Shown here piece by piece: positions 1 to 10,363 of a DNA stretch of 64,000 nt. Under the pieces are notes generated by a model. That model did not search any database. It was not told the DNA's origin and was given only the letters and a program-made list of their open reading frames with translations. A program made the translations under genes and the position numbers. Origin of the DNA: Candidatus Dormiibacterota bacterium (GTDB lineage: Bacteria; Chloroflexota; Dormibacteria; Aeolococcales; Aeolococcaceae); the NCBI GenBank assembly GCA_963709585.1, contig CAVPXI010000007.1:160001-224000 (forward strand). Direction: 5' to 3'. Numbering within the stretch: position 1 is the stretch's first letter; the number at the start of each line of letters is the position of its first letter.

Positions 1-741
1 AACCTCGCCGGTCAGACCATCACCGCGATCGTGCCCCTGGGCGATCTCACCCGGGCGGCGTTTGCAAGCACTGCCGACGGCACCGAGTTCGGCACCGTCG
101 CGGCCACCGTCACCGTGCAAGAGCTCTCATACATGTTGTGGCTCATTCTTTCGGCGTTGCCGGCAATACTCGCGCTCGGGTACGGGCTCGCGGCAGTGGT
201 CCCGGTCGCGATCGGGATCGCGCTGATCGTCATCGTGCTCACCGTGTCACCGGTGTTCTGCCGGTTCCACAACCTGGTGGCGCACATACCGTTTCTCAAC
301 AAACTGCTCCCCGCCATCGACGAGCTGCAGCAGGAAACCTCCATGCTGCTGCATCGCACCGACGCACTTGCACTGTCGGTGCTCGACGCTGCGCGGGTCG
401 TCGTCGCAGTCACCACCTTCTGGCTGGTACTGCAAGGGTTGGAGCCGGGAAAGATCGGCTGGTGGCAGGCAGCGTTCGTCCTCGCGCTGGCCACCGTCGG
501 CGGTGCGGTGAGCCTGATACCCGGCGGGGTCGGCGCCAATGAGGCCAGCGTGGCCGCGCTGCTCATCTTTCTCGGGTTTCACGCGGGGAGCGCGGGCGCC
601 GCGGCGATCATCCAGCGCGGACTCATGACCGGGCTGTCCCTGATCCTCGGATTCGCGGCGTATGCGCTGATCAACAAGCGGCTGCACCTCGGTGGAATCT
701 TCCAGTTGTTCTCGCGGCGCCCAGCTCCCGCTCGCGCGTAG
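1..741 (+). CDS. Lysylphosphatidylglycerol synthase TM / flippase-like membrane protein (5' partial)
   Basis: Frame open from base 1; multiple TM helices; 'IPGGVGANE' motif typical of the LPG_synthase_TM family. Confidence 0.8.
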   Translation, partial: NLAGQTITAIVPLGDLTRAAFASTADGTEFGTVAATVTVQELSYMLWLILSALPAILALGYGLAAVVPVAIGIALIVIVLTVSPVFCRFHNLVAHIPFLNKLLPAIDELQQETSMLLHRTDALALSVLDAARVVVAVTTFWLVLQGLEPGKIGWWQAAFVLALATVGGAVSLIPGGVGANEASVAALLIFLGFHAGSAGAAAIIQRGLMTGLSLILGFAAYALINKRLHLGGIFQLFSRRPAPARA

Positions 742-772
742 CCCACCGGCACCGTCCACACTTTGCTCGACC

Positions 773-3700
773 GTGGACGCGACACCGATTGCAAAGATCG
801 TGCCTCGGAGCCCCACCGACGGGCTCATCGAGCGCCCCGCGCTGGAGCAGCTGGTCACCACGGCGCGAAACCGTCGCCTGACGGTGGTCGTCGCCGAGGC
901 GGGATTCGGCAAATCGACCCTGCTGGCGTCGTGGTGGGAAAAGGCGCCGTGCGCCTGGTACACCGCGGACCAGCGAGACCTGGACCTTCCCACCCTGGGC
1001 CGCCAGCTGAGCGATGCGCTGCGCCTTCGGGTCCCGGACATTCCCAGCGACGTGAGCTGGCTGGCGGAAGGCGCCGGGGGTCCCGAGCTCGAGCAGTTCC
1101 TTCGCGCTGACGCCCTGGCGGCTCAACTCGCGGAGATCCTGCACGAGCAGCTCTCCAGTGATCTGATCCTCGTGATCGACGACGCACACGAGCTGGCGGC
1201 ATCAAGCCCGTCCGCGCGGCTCATCGAGGCGCTGTGCCGGCATGCGCCTCCTCGCCTCCACCTGGTCATCTGCGGGCGGCGACCGCCGCCATTCCAGATC
1301 GAGCGGCTGAGAGGGCAGGGACAGCTCCTCGAAATCGACGGCAGTCAGCTCGCCTTCTCCGTCGAGGAGGTGGGTGAGCTGGTCGAGCGTGAGCTCGGTC
1401 TGAACGCCGAGGACATCGCCGCGGAGATTCATCGGATCGCCGGCGGATGGCCAGCCGCGGTCACCCTCGCGATCGAGGCGCTCAAGTCATCGCCACGAGA
1501 GACCTGGAGCACTGTCTTCGCGGGTCTCGACAAACCGGACGCACCGCTCTTCTCCTATCTGGCCGAAGAGGTCTTCGCACGACATCCCGACGCCGTGCGG
1601 GATCTGGTCAGCAAGCTCGCCCTCTTCGAGCGATTTACCCCTGAGCTCTGCCAGGCAATCGAACTCGAGGGCTCGCGATCGATCCTCGCCGAGCTGACCC
1701 GTCAGGGCCTCTTCGTCGAGAAGGGTCAGGACGGTTCATTGGCGCTGCGCCCGCTGATCCGCGACTACGCGCTCGAGTCGCTCCCGGTGCCCGCGGCGCT
1801 CGCGCAGGATCTCCGCGTCACCGCCGCCGCGTGGCTCGCCGCCACCGGCGCTGCCGGTGACGCGATTCAAGTGCTGCTCTCGGCAGGCGCCACCGACCAG
1901 CTCGCCGGCATCGTCACCACAGAAGGTTCACGGCTGCTCGCCGCGGGCCAGATCGCCACCGTGCTGCGCGCCTGTCGAGCAATACCCCCAGGGCTGCGAA
2001 CCGCCGAGATCGAGCAGCTGGCAGGAGAGGCACAGCAGATCCAGGGCGACTGGAGTGAGGCGATGGCCTGCTTTCAGCGTGCGGCCGCGGGTCGGGAGTC
2101 ACTCCCGGCCCAGCTCGCATGGCGGATCGGCGTGATCCACTATCTTCGCGGCGAGCCCGACGCAGCCCTGGCGGTCTATCAGCGTGGCGTCGATGATGCG
2201 AGCGCCGATCCCGTGGAGATGGCGCTCCTCCTCGCATGGATGTCCACGGCACACTGGATCCGCGGCGATGTCGAGCCGTGTCGAGAGCTGGCGACCCGCG
2301 CACTGGCCGCGGCGAATGCATGCGGTGAGCGTCGAGCGCTTGCCGCGGCGCACACGGTGATGGCGATGCTGGCGGCACTCGACGGAGACCGGCGTGGCAA
2401 CGACGCGCACTACCTGCTTGCGTTGCGCGCGGCCGAAGAGGCGCCGGACGTGCTTCAGGTGGTGCGTATCCGGACCAATCGCGGCTCCCACTTCATGGAG
2501 GAGGGTTCGTATGCCGAGGCGTTGCAGGAGCTCGACGTGGCGGTGCGCCTTGCCGAGCTGACCTCGTTCGCGAGCTTCCTCGCGCTGAGCCTGAGCAACC
2601 GCGGAGAGACAAAGATGCGGATGGGCCGCATCGATGAGGCGCTGGCCGACCTCGAGGCATCACGGGTCCGCTACCGGCAGATCGACTCGGACATGGTCGC
2701 GTACCCGCTGACGCTGATCGGCGAGATCTACAGCGAGCGTGGGAACCTCGTCCAGGCGCGCGCCCTGCTCGAGGAAGCAGTCGCGATCACCGAGGCCGCG
2801 GGCGATGTCCAGGGCGCGGTCCCGGCGCTCGCGTGCCTGGCCACCGTCGTCGCCGGCGAGGATCCCGACCGGGCGCGCTCGCTTGCCGACCGCGCCGTGT
2901 CCTACGGCACCGGCATGGCGTACGTTATCGCGCTCCTCGCAGCGGGGTGGGTCGCCGCCGCTGCCGGTGACAGCGCTCGCGGCCGTGCGCTCGCCACGCA
3001 GGCGGAGTTGGTCGCGCGGGCCCGCCACGACCGGGCGGGTCTCGCTGACGCGCTCACCCTTGCTGCGATGACGGCGGAGGATCCGCGCACCAGGAGCCGG
3101 CGCCTCGACGAGGCGGGAGCGATCTGGCGCGAGGTCGGGAACCCGCTCGGTGAGGCGAAGGTGGATCTTGTCCTTTCGTCGTTCGACCGCGGAGCAGGCT
3201 CGGTGGCGCTGCGACGCAAGGCGGAGCACCAACTCGAGGCACTCGGCGTGCGCACCGATCAGGGCGGCAACGTGGCCGCCGGACCGCTCGCATTCCTGGG
3301 CCCGGGCGATCGCGTGGCTGTGAGGATCCAGTCCCTTGGCGGCTTCTCGGTGCTGCGCGACGGGGAGCTGGTTCGAGTCTCCGAGTGGCAGTCGAAGCGG
3401 GCGCGCGAATTGCTCAAGCTGCTCATCTCAAGACGGGGACGGCCGGCGCCGCGCGGGTATCTCATGGAAACGCTGTGGCCGGGCGAGGACCCGGATCGCG
3501 TGGCCAACCGCCTCTCGGTGGCGCTGACCACGGTCCGGGGTGTGCTCGACCCGGAGCGACACTTTCCGCCCGAACACTTCGTGGTCGGTGACAAGGATGC
3601 GGTCGCACTCAATCTCGACGCGGTCGACATCGATATCGAGCGATTCCTGTCCGCGACGGCAGACGGGTTGGACTGCGTGCGGCGGGCCGATATCGCTCGC

Positions 3701-4063
3701 GGGCTGGGCATCCTCAGCGGTACAGCCGCCGTCTACGCAGGAGAGTTCCTCGAGGAAAACCCTTATGACGACTGGGCGGTGCCGCTGCGTGAGGAGGCAC
3801 GCGCCGCCTACGTGGCAGCGCTGCGCCTTCTGGCCCGACACGCCGGCGACCCCGATACGGCGGTAACCCACCTGCTTCGCATCCTGGAGACCGACCGATA
3901 CGACGAACAGGCGCATCTCGGCCTGGTGCACGCGCTGTCCGATGCCGGGCGGCACGGCGAGGCGCACCGCCACTACCTGAACTACCGCCGCGCGATGGAT
4001 GATCTCGGCGTCGAACCCTCCCCGTTCCCAGGCGGCCGTAGCGGCAGGGCGCCGGCGGTATAG
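773..4063 (+). CDS. MalT-like STAND ATPase-TPR regulator with C-terminal winged-helix + BTAD (SARP) module
   Basis: Walker A AEAGFGKST, Walker B LVIDD, GWPAA motif, TPR-like helices, C-terminal 'LGGFSVLRDG..ELLKLL..LWP' and BTAD 'DRYDEQAH'; start GTG 773 inferred. Confidence 0.85.
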   Translation: MDATPIAKIVPRSPTDGLIERPALEQLVTTARNRRLTVVVAEAGFGKSTLLASWWEKAPCAWYTADQRDLDLPTLGRQLSDALRLRVPDIPSDVSWLAEGAGGPELEQFLRADALAAQLAEILHEQLSSDLILVIDDAHELAASSPSARLIEALCRHAPPRLHLVICGRRPPPFQIERLRGQGQLLEIDGSQLAFSVEEVGELVERELGLNAEDIAAEIHRIAGGWPAAVTLAIEALKSSPRETWSTVFAGLDKPDAPLFSYLAEEVFARHPDAVRDLVSKLALFERFTPELCQAIELEGSRSILAELTRQGLFVEKGQDGSLALRPLIRDYALESLPVPAALAQDLRVTAAAWLAATGAAGDAIQVLLSAGATDQLAGIVTTEGSRLLAAGQIATVLRACRAIPPGLRTAEIEQLAGEAQQIQGDWSEAMACFQRAAAGRESLPAQLAWRIGVIHYLRGEPDAALAVYQRGVDDASADPVEMALLLAWMSTAHWIRGDVEPCRELATRALAAANACGERRALAAAHTVMAMLAALDGDRRGNDAHYLLALRAAEEAPDVLQVVRIRTNRGSHFMEEGSYAEALQELDVAVRLAELTSFASFLALSLSNRGETKMRMGRIDEALADLEASRVRYRQIDSDMVAYPLTLIGEIYSERGNLVQARALLEEAVAITEAAGDVQGAVPALACLATVVAGEDPDRARSLADRAVSYGTGMAYVIALLAAGWVAAAAGDSARGRALATQAELVARARHDRAGLADALTLAAMTAEDPRTRSRRLDEAGAIWREVGNPLGEAKVDLVLSSFDRGAGSVALRRKAEHQLEALGVRTDQGGNVAAGPLAFLGPGDRVAVRIQSLGGFSVLRDGELVRVSEWQSKRARELLKLLISRRGRPAPRGYLMETLWPGEDPDRVANRLSVALTTVRGVLDPERHFPPEHFVVGDKDAVALNLDAVDIDIERFLSATADGLDCVRRADIARGLGILSGTAAVYAGEFLEENPYDDWAVPLREEARAAYVAALRLLARHAGDPDTAVTHLLRILETDRYDEQAHLGLVHALSDAGRHGEAHRHYLNYRRAMDDLGVEPSPFPGGRSGRAPAV

Positions 4064-4100
4064 ACTGCGCCGCGATCCGGCAAATCCTGGAGGGGCCTCG

Positions 4101-5198
4101 ATGGGACTGGCGATCCTGCTGATCGGCACGCGGAAGGGCTTGATGGTCGCCCGTAGCGGCGACGATCGCCGCACGTGGGCGACGGACGACTTCCAGTTCC
4201 GCAACCAGGAGGTGTACTCGGTGGCGGTCGACACCCGCCACGACCCGCCGCGGATTTTTGCGGGCGTCGGGACCGGGCACTGGGGCCCGTTGCTGACCTA
4301 CTCCGACGATCTCGGGAAGTCATGGACCGAGCCGGAGGTGCCGCCGATCGGTTTTCCTGAGGGGAGCGATGCCTCGGTGGCTCGCGTCTGGCAGATCCAA
4401 CCGGCAACGGCTGATCAGCCGGATGTCGTCTATGCCGGTGTCGAGCCGCATGCCCTGTTCAGATCGGACGACCGCGGGCAGAGCTTTTCGCTCGTCGAAG
4501 GGCTCTGGCAACATCCCGACCGGCCAAGCTGGACCCCGGGCGGTGGCGGGGCGTGCCTTCACACCGTGCTCGTGCATCCGACCGACCCCGACGATGTGAT
4601 GGTCGTGATGTCGGCTGCGGGCGTCTATCGCACTCGAGACGGCGGGGCCACCTGGGAGCCCGCGAATCGCGGCATCCAATCGGCCTTCCTCCCCGAGGAT
4701 CAGCGCTTTCCGGTGTTCGGGCAGTGCGTCCACAAGGTGGCGTTCCACCCGGATCGCCCGCAGCGCCTGTTTGCCCAGAACCACTTCGGCGTCTATCGCA
4801 GCGAGGACCGTGGCGGCTCATGGACTCCCATCGAGACAGGACTACCGAGCAACTTCGGGTTTGCGCTGGTCGTCCACCCGCACCAGCCGGACACCCTGTA
4901 CAACTTCCCACTCAAGGCCGACGCCGAGCGCTTCCCGCCGGACGCAAAATGCCGCGTCTACCGGAGCGAGGACGCCGGGACAAGCTGGGAGCCACTGTCC
5001 ACCGGCCTCCCGAAGGATCCGTACTACGCCGCAGTCCTTCGCGACGCGATGGTCGCCGACTTTGGGAACCCTGCGGGTCTCTACTTCGGGACACGACTTG
5101 GAGAGGTCTTCGCCAGTCGTGACGACGGGGACAGCTGGTCGATGATCGCCAGCCATCTTCCGGACGTGCTCTCCGTTCGGGTTGCCGAGGTCGCGTGA
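4101..5198 (+). CDS. BNR/Asp-box beta-propeller protein (sialidase-like fold)
   Basis: Repeated SxDxGxxW Asp-boxes; GGAGG RBS upstream. Confidence 0.85.
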   Translation: MGLAILLIGTRKGLMVARSGDDRRTWATDDFQFRNQEVYSVAVDTRHDPPRIFAGVGTGHWGPLLTYSDDLGKSWTEPEVPPIGFPEGSDASVARVWQIQPATADQPDVVYAGVEPHALFRSDDRGQSFSLVEGLWQHPDRPSWTPGGGGACLHTVLVHPTDPDDVMVVMSAAGVYRTRDGGATWEPANRGIQSAFLPEDQRFPVFGQCVHKVAFHPDRPQRLFAQNHFGVYRSEDRGGSWTPIETGLPSNFGFALVVHPHQPDTLYNFPLKADAERFPPDAKCRVYRSEDAGTSWEPLSTGLPKDPYYAAVLRDAMVADFGNPAGLYFGTRLGEVFASRDDGDSWSMIASHLPDVLSVRVAEVA

Positions 5199-5476
5199 CC
5201 TCGCGGCTGCTCCTGCCCGCGGCGCTGCGCCGCTATGCCGGCGAGCAGGCCGAGATCGAGATCCACAGCGGCACGCTGGGGGCCGCGCTCGATGAGCTTG
5301 CCGAGCGCCTTCCTCAACTGGAACGCCGGCTGCGCGACGAGCAGGGCCGGCTTCGACCCCACGTCCTCATGTTCGTCGACGGGGTGAGTGTGAGAACCGG
5401 CTCCCCAATGGACACGCCGGTGCCCGACGGCGGCGAGGTGTTCGTCGCCCCGGCGGTTTCGGGCGGAGACGGCTAG
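5195..5476 (+). CDS. MoaD/ThiS family ubiquitin-like protein
   Basis: 'PAALRRYAG', 'PAVSGG' followed by a DG extension; GTGA overlap with the upstream gene. Confidence 0.88.
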   Translation: MTSRLLLPAALRRYAGEQAEIEIHSGTLGAALDELAERLPQLERRLRDEQGRLRPHVLMFVDGVSVRTGSPMDTPVPDGGEVFVAPAVSGGDG

Positions 5477-5507
5477 GCGGCGTCTCCTCAGCCGGCGACC
5501 CATGTCG

Positions 5508-5618
5508 GCGCGCGACGGTGGGGTGCCGTCGTGCGTGGCGATAGCGGTGACGAAAACCGATCAGGAATCGAGAAGCGCCGGACCGGGGCCGAATCTAGCA
5601 TCACCGCCATGGACATCA
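5508..5618 (+). repeat. Imperfect ~110-bp duplicate of the araC 3' end / VOC promoter at ~6465-6576
   Basis: Identical 18-mer (5524-5541 = 6482-6499), identical 22-mer (5556-5577 = 6513-6534), shared CTAGCAT-ACCGCCATGGACATCAC. Confidence 0.85.
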
Positions 5619-5641
5619 CCACAGCGACTTTAGGAGTGACC

Positions 5642-5998
5642 ATGAGCGGCTCGTTCACCCAGGGAATCAAGACCGTGCTGCATCCCGTATCCGACCTGGA
5701 AAGGGCCAAGCCGGTGTACACCGCTCTACTCGGCCTACCCCCGAGCGCCGACGCGCCCTACTACGTCGGCTACGAGGCCGCCGGTCAGCAGATCGGGCTG
5801 GTGCCGGGCCGTGGACCGCAGGACAACGCCTCGCCGGTCGCGTACTGGCACGTGGCGGACATCGAGGCGAAGCTCGCCGAGGTGACCGCCGCGGGTGCCG
5901 CCGTGAAGGAGCCCGCCCGAGACGTTGGTGGCGGCCGTCTGGTGGCCACCTTCACCGACCCCGATGGCAACGTCCTCGGGCTGATTCAGGACCGATGA
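5642..5998 (+). CDS. VOC/glyoxalase family protein
   Basis: 'PVSDLERAK', 'DPDGNVLGL'; GGAG RBS before ATG 5642; alternative in-frame ATG at 5609. Confidence 0.88.
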   Translation: MSGSFTQGIKTVLHPVSDLERAKPVYTALLGLPPSADAPYYVGYEAAGQQIGLVPGRGPQDNASPVAYWHVADIEAKLAEVTAAGAAVKEPARDVGGGRLVATFTDPDGNVLGLIQDR

Positions 5999-6111
5999 GG
6001 GGAGGAGCGGGCCTCGTCAATCCACCGCCGCAGAACCTGTGTGACCAGTTCGTACGGCTGGCGGGGCGTGCTCAACGGGTCAAGCGGGCCCGACGTGGCA
6101 GGATCTCGTGA

Positions 6112-6561
6112 GTGACCAGCACCCCCGCCGCGGCGCAGCATCTGCGCGACCTCGCCCGGCTGCGCCGTGTCCGCGACCGGATCGACCGGGACTACGCGCA
6201 GCCGCTGGACGTTAAGGCGCTCGCCCGGAGCGCGCACATGTCGGCCGGACACCTCAGCCGCGAGTTCAAGCTCGCCTACGGCGAGGCGCCGTACGGCTAC
6301 CTGATGACGCGACGCATCGAGCGCGCGATGGCCCTCCTGCGTCGCGGCGACCTGAGCGTCACCGACGTCTGCTTCGCAGTGGGTTGCTCGTCGCTCGGGA
6401 CCTTCAGCACTCGCTTCACCGAGCTGGTCGGCGTGTCGCCCAGCTCCTACCGGCGTCACGAGGCGCGCGCGACCGTGGGGATGCCGTCGTGCGTGGCGAA
6501 ACAGGTAACCAGACCGATCAGGAATCGAGAAGCGTCGGTCCCCGAGCCGCAGCTAGCATGA
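6112..6561 (+). CDS. Small (HTH-only) AraC family regulator
   Basis: Two HTH motifs, 'SVTDVCFAVGCSSLGTFSTRF'. Confidence 0.92.
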   Translation: MTSTPAAAQHLRDLARLRRVRDRIDRDYAQPLDVKALARSAHMSAGHLSREFKLAYGEAPYGYLMTRRIERAMALLRRGDLSVTDVCFAVGCSSLGTFSTRFTELVGVSPSSYRRHEARATVGMPSCVAKQVTRPIRNREASVPEPQLA

Positions 6562-6566
6562 CCGCC

Positions 6567-6980
6567 ATGGACATCACGATTCAGTCGACCTTCCTCCCAC
6601 ATGACGATCCGGACGCTTCCCTGACCTTCTATCGGGACACCCTCGGCTTCGAGGTCCGCAACGATGTTGGATACGGCGGGTTGCGCTGGATCACGGTCGG
6701 CCCCGCCGACCAGCCCGACACGTCCATCGTCCTCGAGCCGCCGGTCTCCCCGGGGTGCGGCATTACCGAGGACGAGCGGCGCACCATCGCCGAGATGATG
6801 GCCAAGGGCAGCTACGCCCACATCGTCCTGACCACGGCCGACCTCGACGGTGTCTTCGAGCGCCTGCAGGCCAGCGGCGCCGAGGTCGTGCAGGAGCCGG
6901 TCGAGCAGCCGTACGGGGTTCGCGACTGCGCCTTCCGCGATCCCGCGGGCAACCTGATCCGCATCAACGAGCCGCTCTGA
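6567..6980 (+). CDS. VOC/glyoxalase family protein
   Basis: 'FYRDTLGFEV', 'QPYGVRDCAFRDPAGNLIRI'; possibly leaderless after -10 TAGCAT; alternative ATG at 6558. Confidence 0.92.
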   Translation: MDITIQSTFLPHDDPDASLTFYRDTLGFEVRNDVGYGGLRWITVGPADQPDTSIVLEPPVSPGCGITEDERRTIAEMMAKGSYAHIVLTTADLDGVFERLQASGAEVVQEPVEQPYGVRDCAFRDPAGNLIRINEPL

Positions 6981-6993
6981 GCCATCCGGCGGA

Positions 6994-7791
6994 ATGACCC
7001 CAGCGAGAGCTCACCATCTGGAGGTGGAGGGCGTCGGCCCGGTCGAGGTGGGGCTGGCTGACGACGGCACCGGACACCCGTTCCTGCTCCTCCACGGCGG
7101 CGCAGGGCCTCAGTCGGTGGCCGCGTTCGGGGCGCTGCTCGTCACCCGCAGGCAGGCTCGGGTGATCATCCCAACCCACCCGGGCTTCGGGGCCACGCCG
7201 CGGCCCGACGGCCTTGACAGCATCGCGGGCCTCGCCCGTGTCTACACCGCACTGCTCGACCGGCTGGACGCCCAGCACGTCACTGTCGTCGGCAATTCCG
7301 TGGGGGGCTGGATCGCCGCGGAGATGGCATTGCTCGCCTCCCCGCGGATCAGTGGTGTGATCCTCGTCGATGCGGTCGGCATCGAGGTTGCCGGGCATCC
7401 GGTGGCCGACTTCTTCGCGCTGACCCTCGACCAGGTGGCGCAATTCAGCTACCACGATCCCGACCGTTTCCGGATCGACCCGACGAGCATGTCCGACGCG
7501 CAACGGGCTGTCGTCGCCGGCAACCGCTCCAGCCTGGCGACGTACGGCGGGCGCTCGATGACCGATCCGAGCCTGCGCGGCCGCCTCGGAAATATCACAG
7601 CGCCGACGCTGGTGCTCTGGGGAGAGAGTGATCAGATCGTCGACCCGGAATACGGTCACGCATACGCCGCCGCAATCCCCGGCGCGACATTCATCCTGCT
7701 CAGCGCCACCGGTCACATGCCGCAGCTCGAGACCCCCGAGCAGCTGCTGGCTCCGATCGGGGACTTCGCAGAGGCCACGGCCTCGCGCTGA
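6994..7791 (+). CDS. Alpha/beta hydrolase
   Basis: LLHGG, GNSVG nucleophile elbow, WGESD, GHMP. Confidence 0.9.
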   Translation: MTPARAHHLEVEGVGPVEVGLADDGTGHPFLLLHGGAGPQSVAAFGALLVTRRQARVIIPTHPGFGATPRPDGLDSIAGLARVYTALLDRLDAQHVTVVGNSVGGWIAAEMALLASPRISGVILVDAVGIEVAGHPVADFFALTLDQVAQFSYHDPDRFRIDPTSMSDAQRAVVAGNRSSLATYGGRSMTDPSLRGRLGNITAPTLVLWGESDQIVDPEYGHAYAAAIPGATFILLSATGHMPQLETPEQLLAPIGDFAEATASR

Positions 7792-7834
7792 CCGGCTCAG
7801 CCGGCGTTCGTCGAGTAGATCAGCCTAGCAACGA

Positions 7835-8221
7835 TCAATCGGCGACGCCGTCGATGGTCACCTCGAACAGCGGACTCGACTCGATCATGGTGTCCACGTC
7901 GTCGCGCTTCCAGATGCGCGCGATATGGGGCAGTACCTCGCGGCGTTCGGCGTCGTCGGTGATGACTTTCGCGGTCGCCGCGAGATCCGCCTTGACCGCT
8001 CCCTTGAGATGGAACGTGAAGTGCGGATTGGCGGTGAGGTTGGCGATGTAGCTCCGCTTGAACCCCGGCATCCCGCTGATGTAGAGGCGGCCGCCGACAT
8101 TGTGGAAGACGATCTCAATGCGGCGCGGTTCGCCGGTCTTGCGGCCGGTCGTGGTGATGTCGATGCGGTCGCCGTGGTCGAGTGCATCACGGATCGGCTG
8201 GCTGAGTTGTGCGGTGCTCAT
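7835..8221 (-). CDS. Nitroreductase-family deazaflavin (F420)-dependent oxidoreductase-like protein
   Basis: 'ITTTGRKTGEPRRIEI', 'ANLTANP' (DDN/DUF385-like). Confidence 0.8.
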   Translation of the reverse strand: MSTAQLSQPIRDALDHGDRIDITTTGRKTGEPRRIEIVFHNVGGRLYISGMPGFKRSYIANLTANPHFTFHLKGAVKADLAATAKVITDDAERREVLPHIARIWKRDDVDTMIESSPLFEVTIDGVAD

Positions 8222-8317
8222 GGTTCTTCCCCGGTGCGGTCTCCGCTCGGATGGCAATTGCGGTCCCAGCGTAGACGGACCGGTCCTGGAGACGCGTTGT
8301 GCCATCGTCCCAGCGCC

Positions 8318-9898
8318 ATGGGATTCATCGACGTCAGCGAACTGAGCTACTCGATCGGCGGGCACGTCCTCTTCCACGACGTGAGCTTTCGCGTGGGCGA
8401 GGGAAGCAAGGTCGCGCTCGTCGGTGCCAACGGCACCGGCAAGACGACGCTGCTGCGGCTCATCGCCGGCGACATCAAGGCGGAGACCGGGACCATCAGC
8501 AGCAGCGGCGGCATCGGCGTGATGCGCCAGTTCATCGGCAGCGCCGGCGGTGCGACCACTGTGCGCGACTTGCTCCTGGGGCTGGCCTCGGAGCCCATCC
8601 GTGTCGCGGGCACGGCGCTGCACGCCGCCGAACACCGGCTGGCCGGAGCGCCCGACGACGCCGAGATCGCCATCGTGTACGCGCAGGCCGTTGCCGACTG
8701 GGCCGCAGCCGGTGGCTACGAAGCCGAGGTGACCTGGAACATGTGCTGCGAAAGCAGCATCGGCAAGCCATACGAAATGCTGCGTGATCGGCTCGTCGCC
8801 ACGCTGAGCGGTGGTGAGCAGAAACGGCTCGCGCTCGATGTCTTGCTCCGCGGTCACGAGGAGGTGCTGCTCCTCGACGAGCCGGACAACTATCTCGATG
8901 TCGCCGCAAAACGCCAGCTCGAGAAGTCGCTGCGCGCCACCCCGAAGACCGTTCTCTATGTCAGCCATGACCGCCAGGTGCTCGCCGAGACCGCCAACAG
9001 GATCGTGACCCTCGAAGGACACGGCGTCTGGGTGCACGGCGGCGGCTTCGCCGACTATGCCGAGGCACGCGAGGCGCGACTGGGCAGACTGGACGAACTG
9101 CACCGGCGCTGGGAGGAAGAGCACCTCCACCTCAAGGACCTGGTGCGCCGGCTCCGCATCCAGGCGACCATGAGCGACGCAATGGCGAGCCGCTACTCGG
9201 CTGCGGTCACGCGGTTGCGCAAGTTCGAGGAGGCCGGCCCGCCAGCAGAACGCCCACGCCGTCAGGACGTCCGCATGCGTCTCCGCGGTGGCCGCACCGG
9301 TGTCCGCGTGCTGACCTGCCATCACCTTGCGATCCCCGGCCTGGTGCGCCCGTTCGACCTCGAGGTCTCGTTTGGCGAGCGGATTGCAATGCTCGGGAAC
9401 AACGGAACGGGTAAGAGCCACCTGCTCCGACTCTTCGCCGGCGAGGAGATCGCCCACGACGGACGCTTCGTGCTTGGCGCACGCGTCCTCCCAGGGCACT
9501 TCAAGCAGACCCACGAGCACCCCGAGCTGCGCGGGCACACACTCGTCGAATCACTGCACCAGCACGGCCTCGACCGCGCCGCGGCGATGCGGGCGCTCGA
9601 CCGATACGAACTGGTCAGCCACGGCGAACAGGATTTCGCAACCCTCAGCGGCGGTCAGCAGGCGCGCTTTCTCATCCTGCTGCTGGAGATCGGCGGCGCG
9701 ACGCTGCTGCTCCTCGACGAGCCCACAGATAACCTCGACGTCCATTCGGCGGAGGCCCTCGAACGCGGCCTCGATGAGTTCGAGGGCACCGTGATCGCGG
9801 TGACGCACGACCGCTGGTTTGCCAGATGCTTCAACCGTTTTCTCGTCGTCTCCGAGGATGGCGTCGTGACCGATCAATCCTCGCCGGTTTGGGACTGA
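8318..9898 (+). CDS. ABC-F family ATPase
   Basis: Two ABC domains (GANGTGKT, LSGGE, LLDEP; GNNGTGKS, LSGGQ, LLDEP), no TM segments. Confidence 0.93.
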   Translation: MGFIDVSELSYSIGGHVLFHDVSFRVGEGSKVALVGANGTGKTTLLRLIAGDIKAETGTISSSGGIGVMRQFIGSAGGATTVRDLLLGLASEPIRVAGTALHAAEHRLAGAPDDAEIAIVYAQAVADWAAAGGYEAEVTWNMCCESSIGKPYEMLRDRLVATLSGGEQKRLALDVLLRGHEEVLLLDEPDNYLDVAAKRQLEKSLRATPKTVLYVSHDRQVLAETANRIVTLEGHGVWVHGGGFADYAEAREARLGRLDELHRRWEEEHLHLKDLVRRLRIQATMSDAMASRYSAAVTRLRKFEEAGPPAERPRRQDVRMRLRGGRTGVRVLTCHHLAIPGLVRPFDLEVSFGERIAMLGNNGTGKSHLLRLFAGEEIAHDGRFVLGARVLPGHFKQTHEHPELRGHTLVESLHQHGLDRAAAMRALDRYELVSHGEQDFATLSGGQQARFLILLLEIGGATLLLLDEPTDNLDVHSAEALERGLDEFEGTVIAVTHDRWFARCFNRFLVVSEDGVVTDQSSPVWD

Positions 9899-9916
9899 GG
9901 GCTTTCAGGACGCGGC

Positions 9917-10363
9917 TCAAGCGCGTCCCGCACGCAGGTCGCTCATGGCTTTGTCGATCCGGCGCTGCCGCGTTTCCGGCGCCTTTGCCTGCTCGATCGC
10001 GACGGTGAAGCGCTGCTTCCTGCTATGGGACAGCCTCTCAAAGAAACCACGCGCCTGAGCGTCACCGGCTAGGGCGCTCTGAAACTCGGCCGGTATGGCC
10101 AGTGTCCGCGCCTCGGTGTCGAGGGTCAGTGCAACCAGCACCTCATCACCGGCAGTGACGCCGGCGCCTTCGCGGTGTTCCGCGCTGATTGGGAGCATGA
10201 AGACGCCTCCCATCGGCGCGACCGTACTCCGATACGCATAGCCGTTGATGTTCACGGTGACCGCAGGCCGCTTGCCGCCCCCCAGCCCGTCAACGACGTG
10301 CGCTGGGACTTCGATGCCGGTGGCGGTCTTGCCCGAGAGGAGGACGATGGCGTTGAATTTCAT
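9917..10363 (-). CDS. DUF1905 / YdeI-OmpD-associated family protein
   Basis: 'GKRPAVTVNINGYAYRST', 'AKAPETRQRRI'. Confidence 0.88.
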   Translation of the reverse strand: MKFNAIVLLSGKTATGIEVPAHVVDGLGGGKRPAVTVNINGYAYRSTVAPMGGVFMLPISAEHREGAGVTAGDEVLVALTLDTEARTLAIPAEFQSALAGDAQARGFFERLSHSRKQRFTVAIEQAKAPETRQRRIDKAMSDLRAGRA

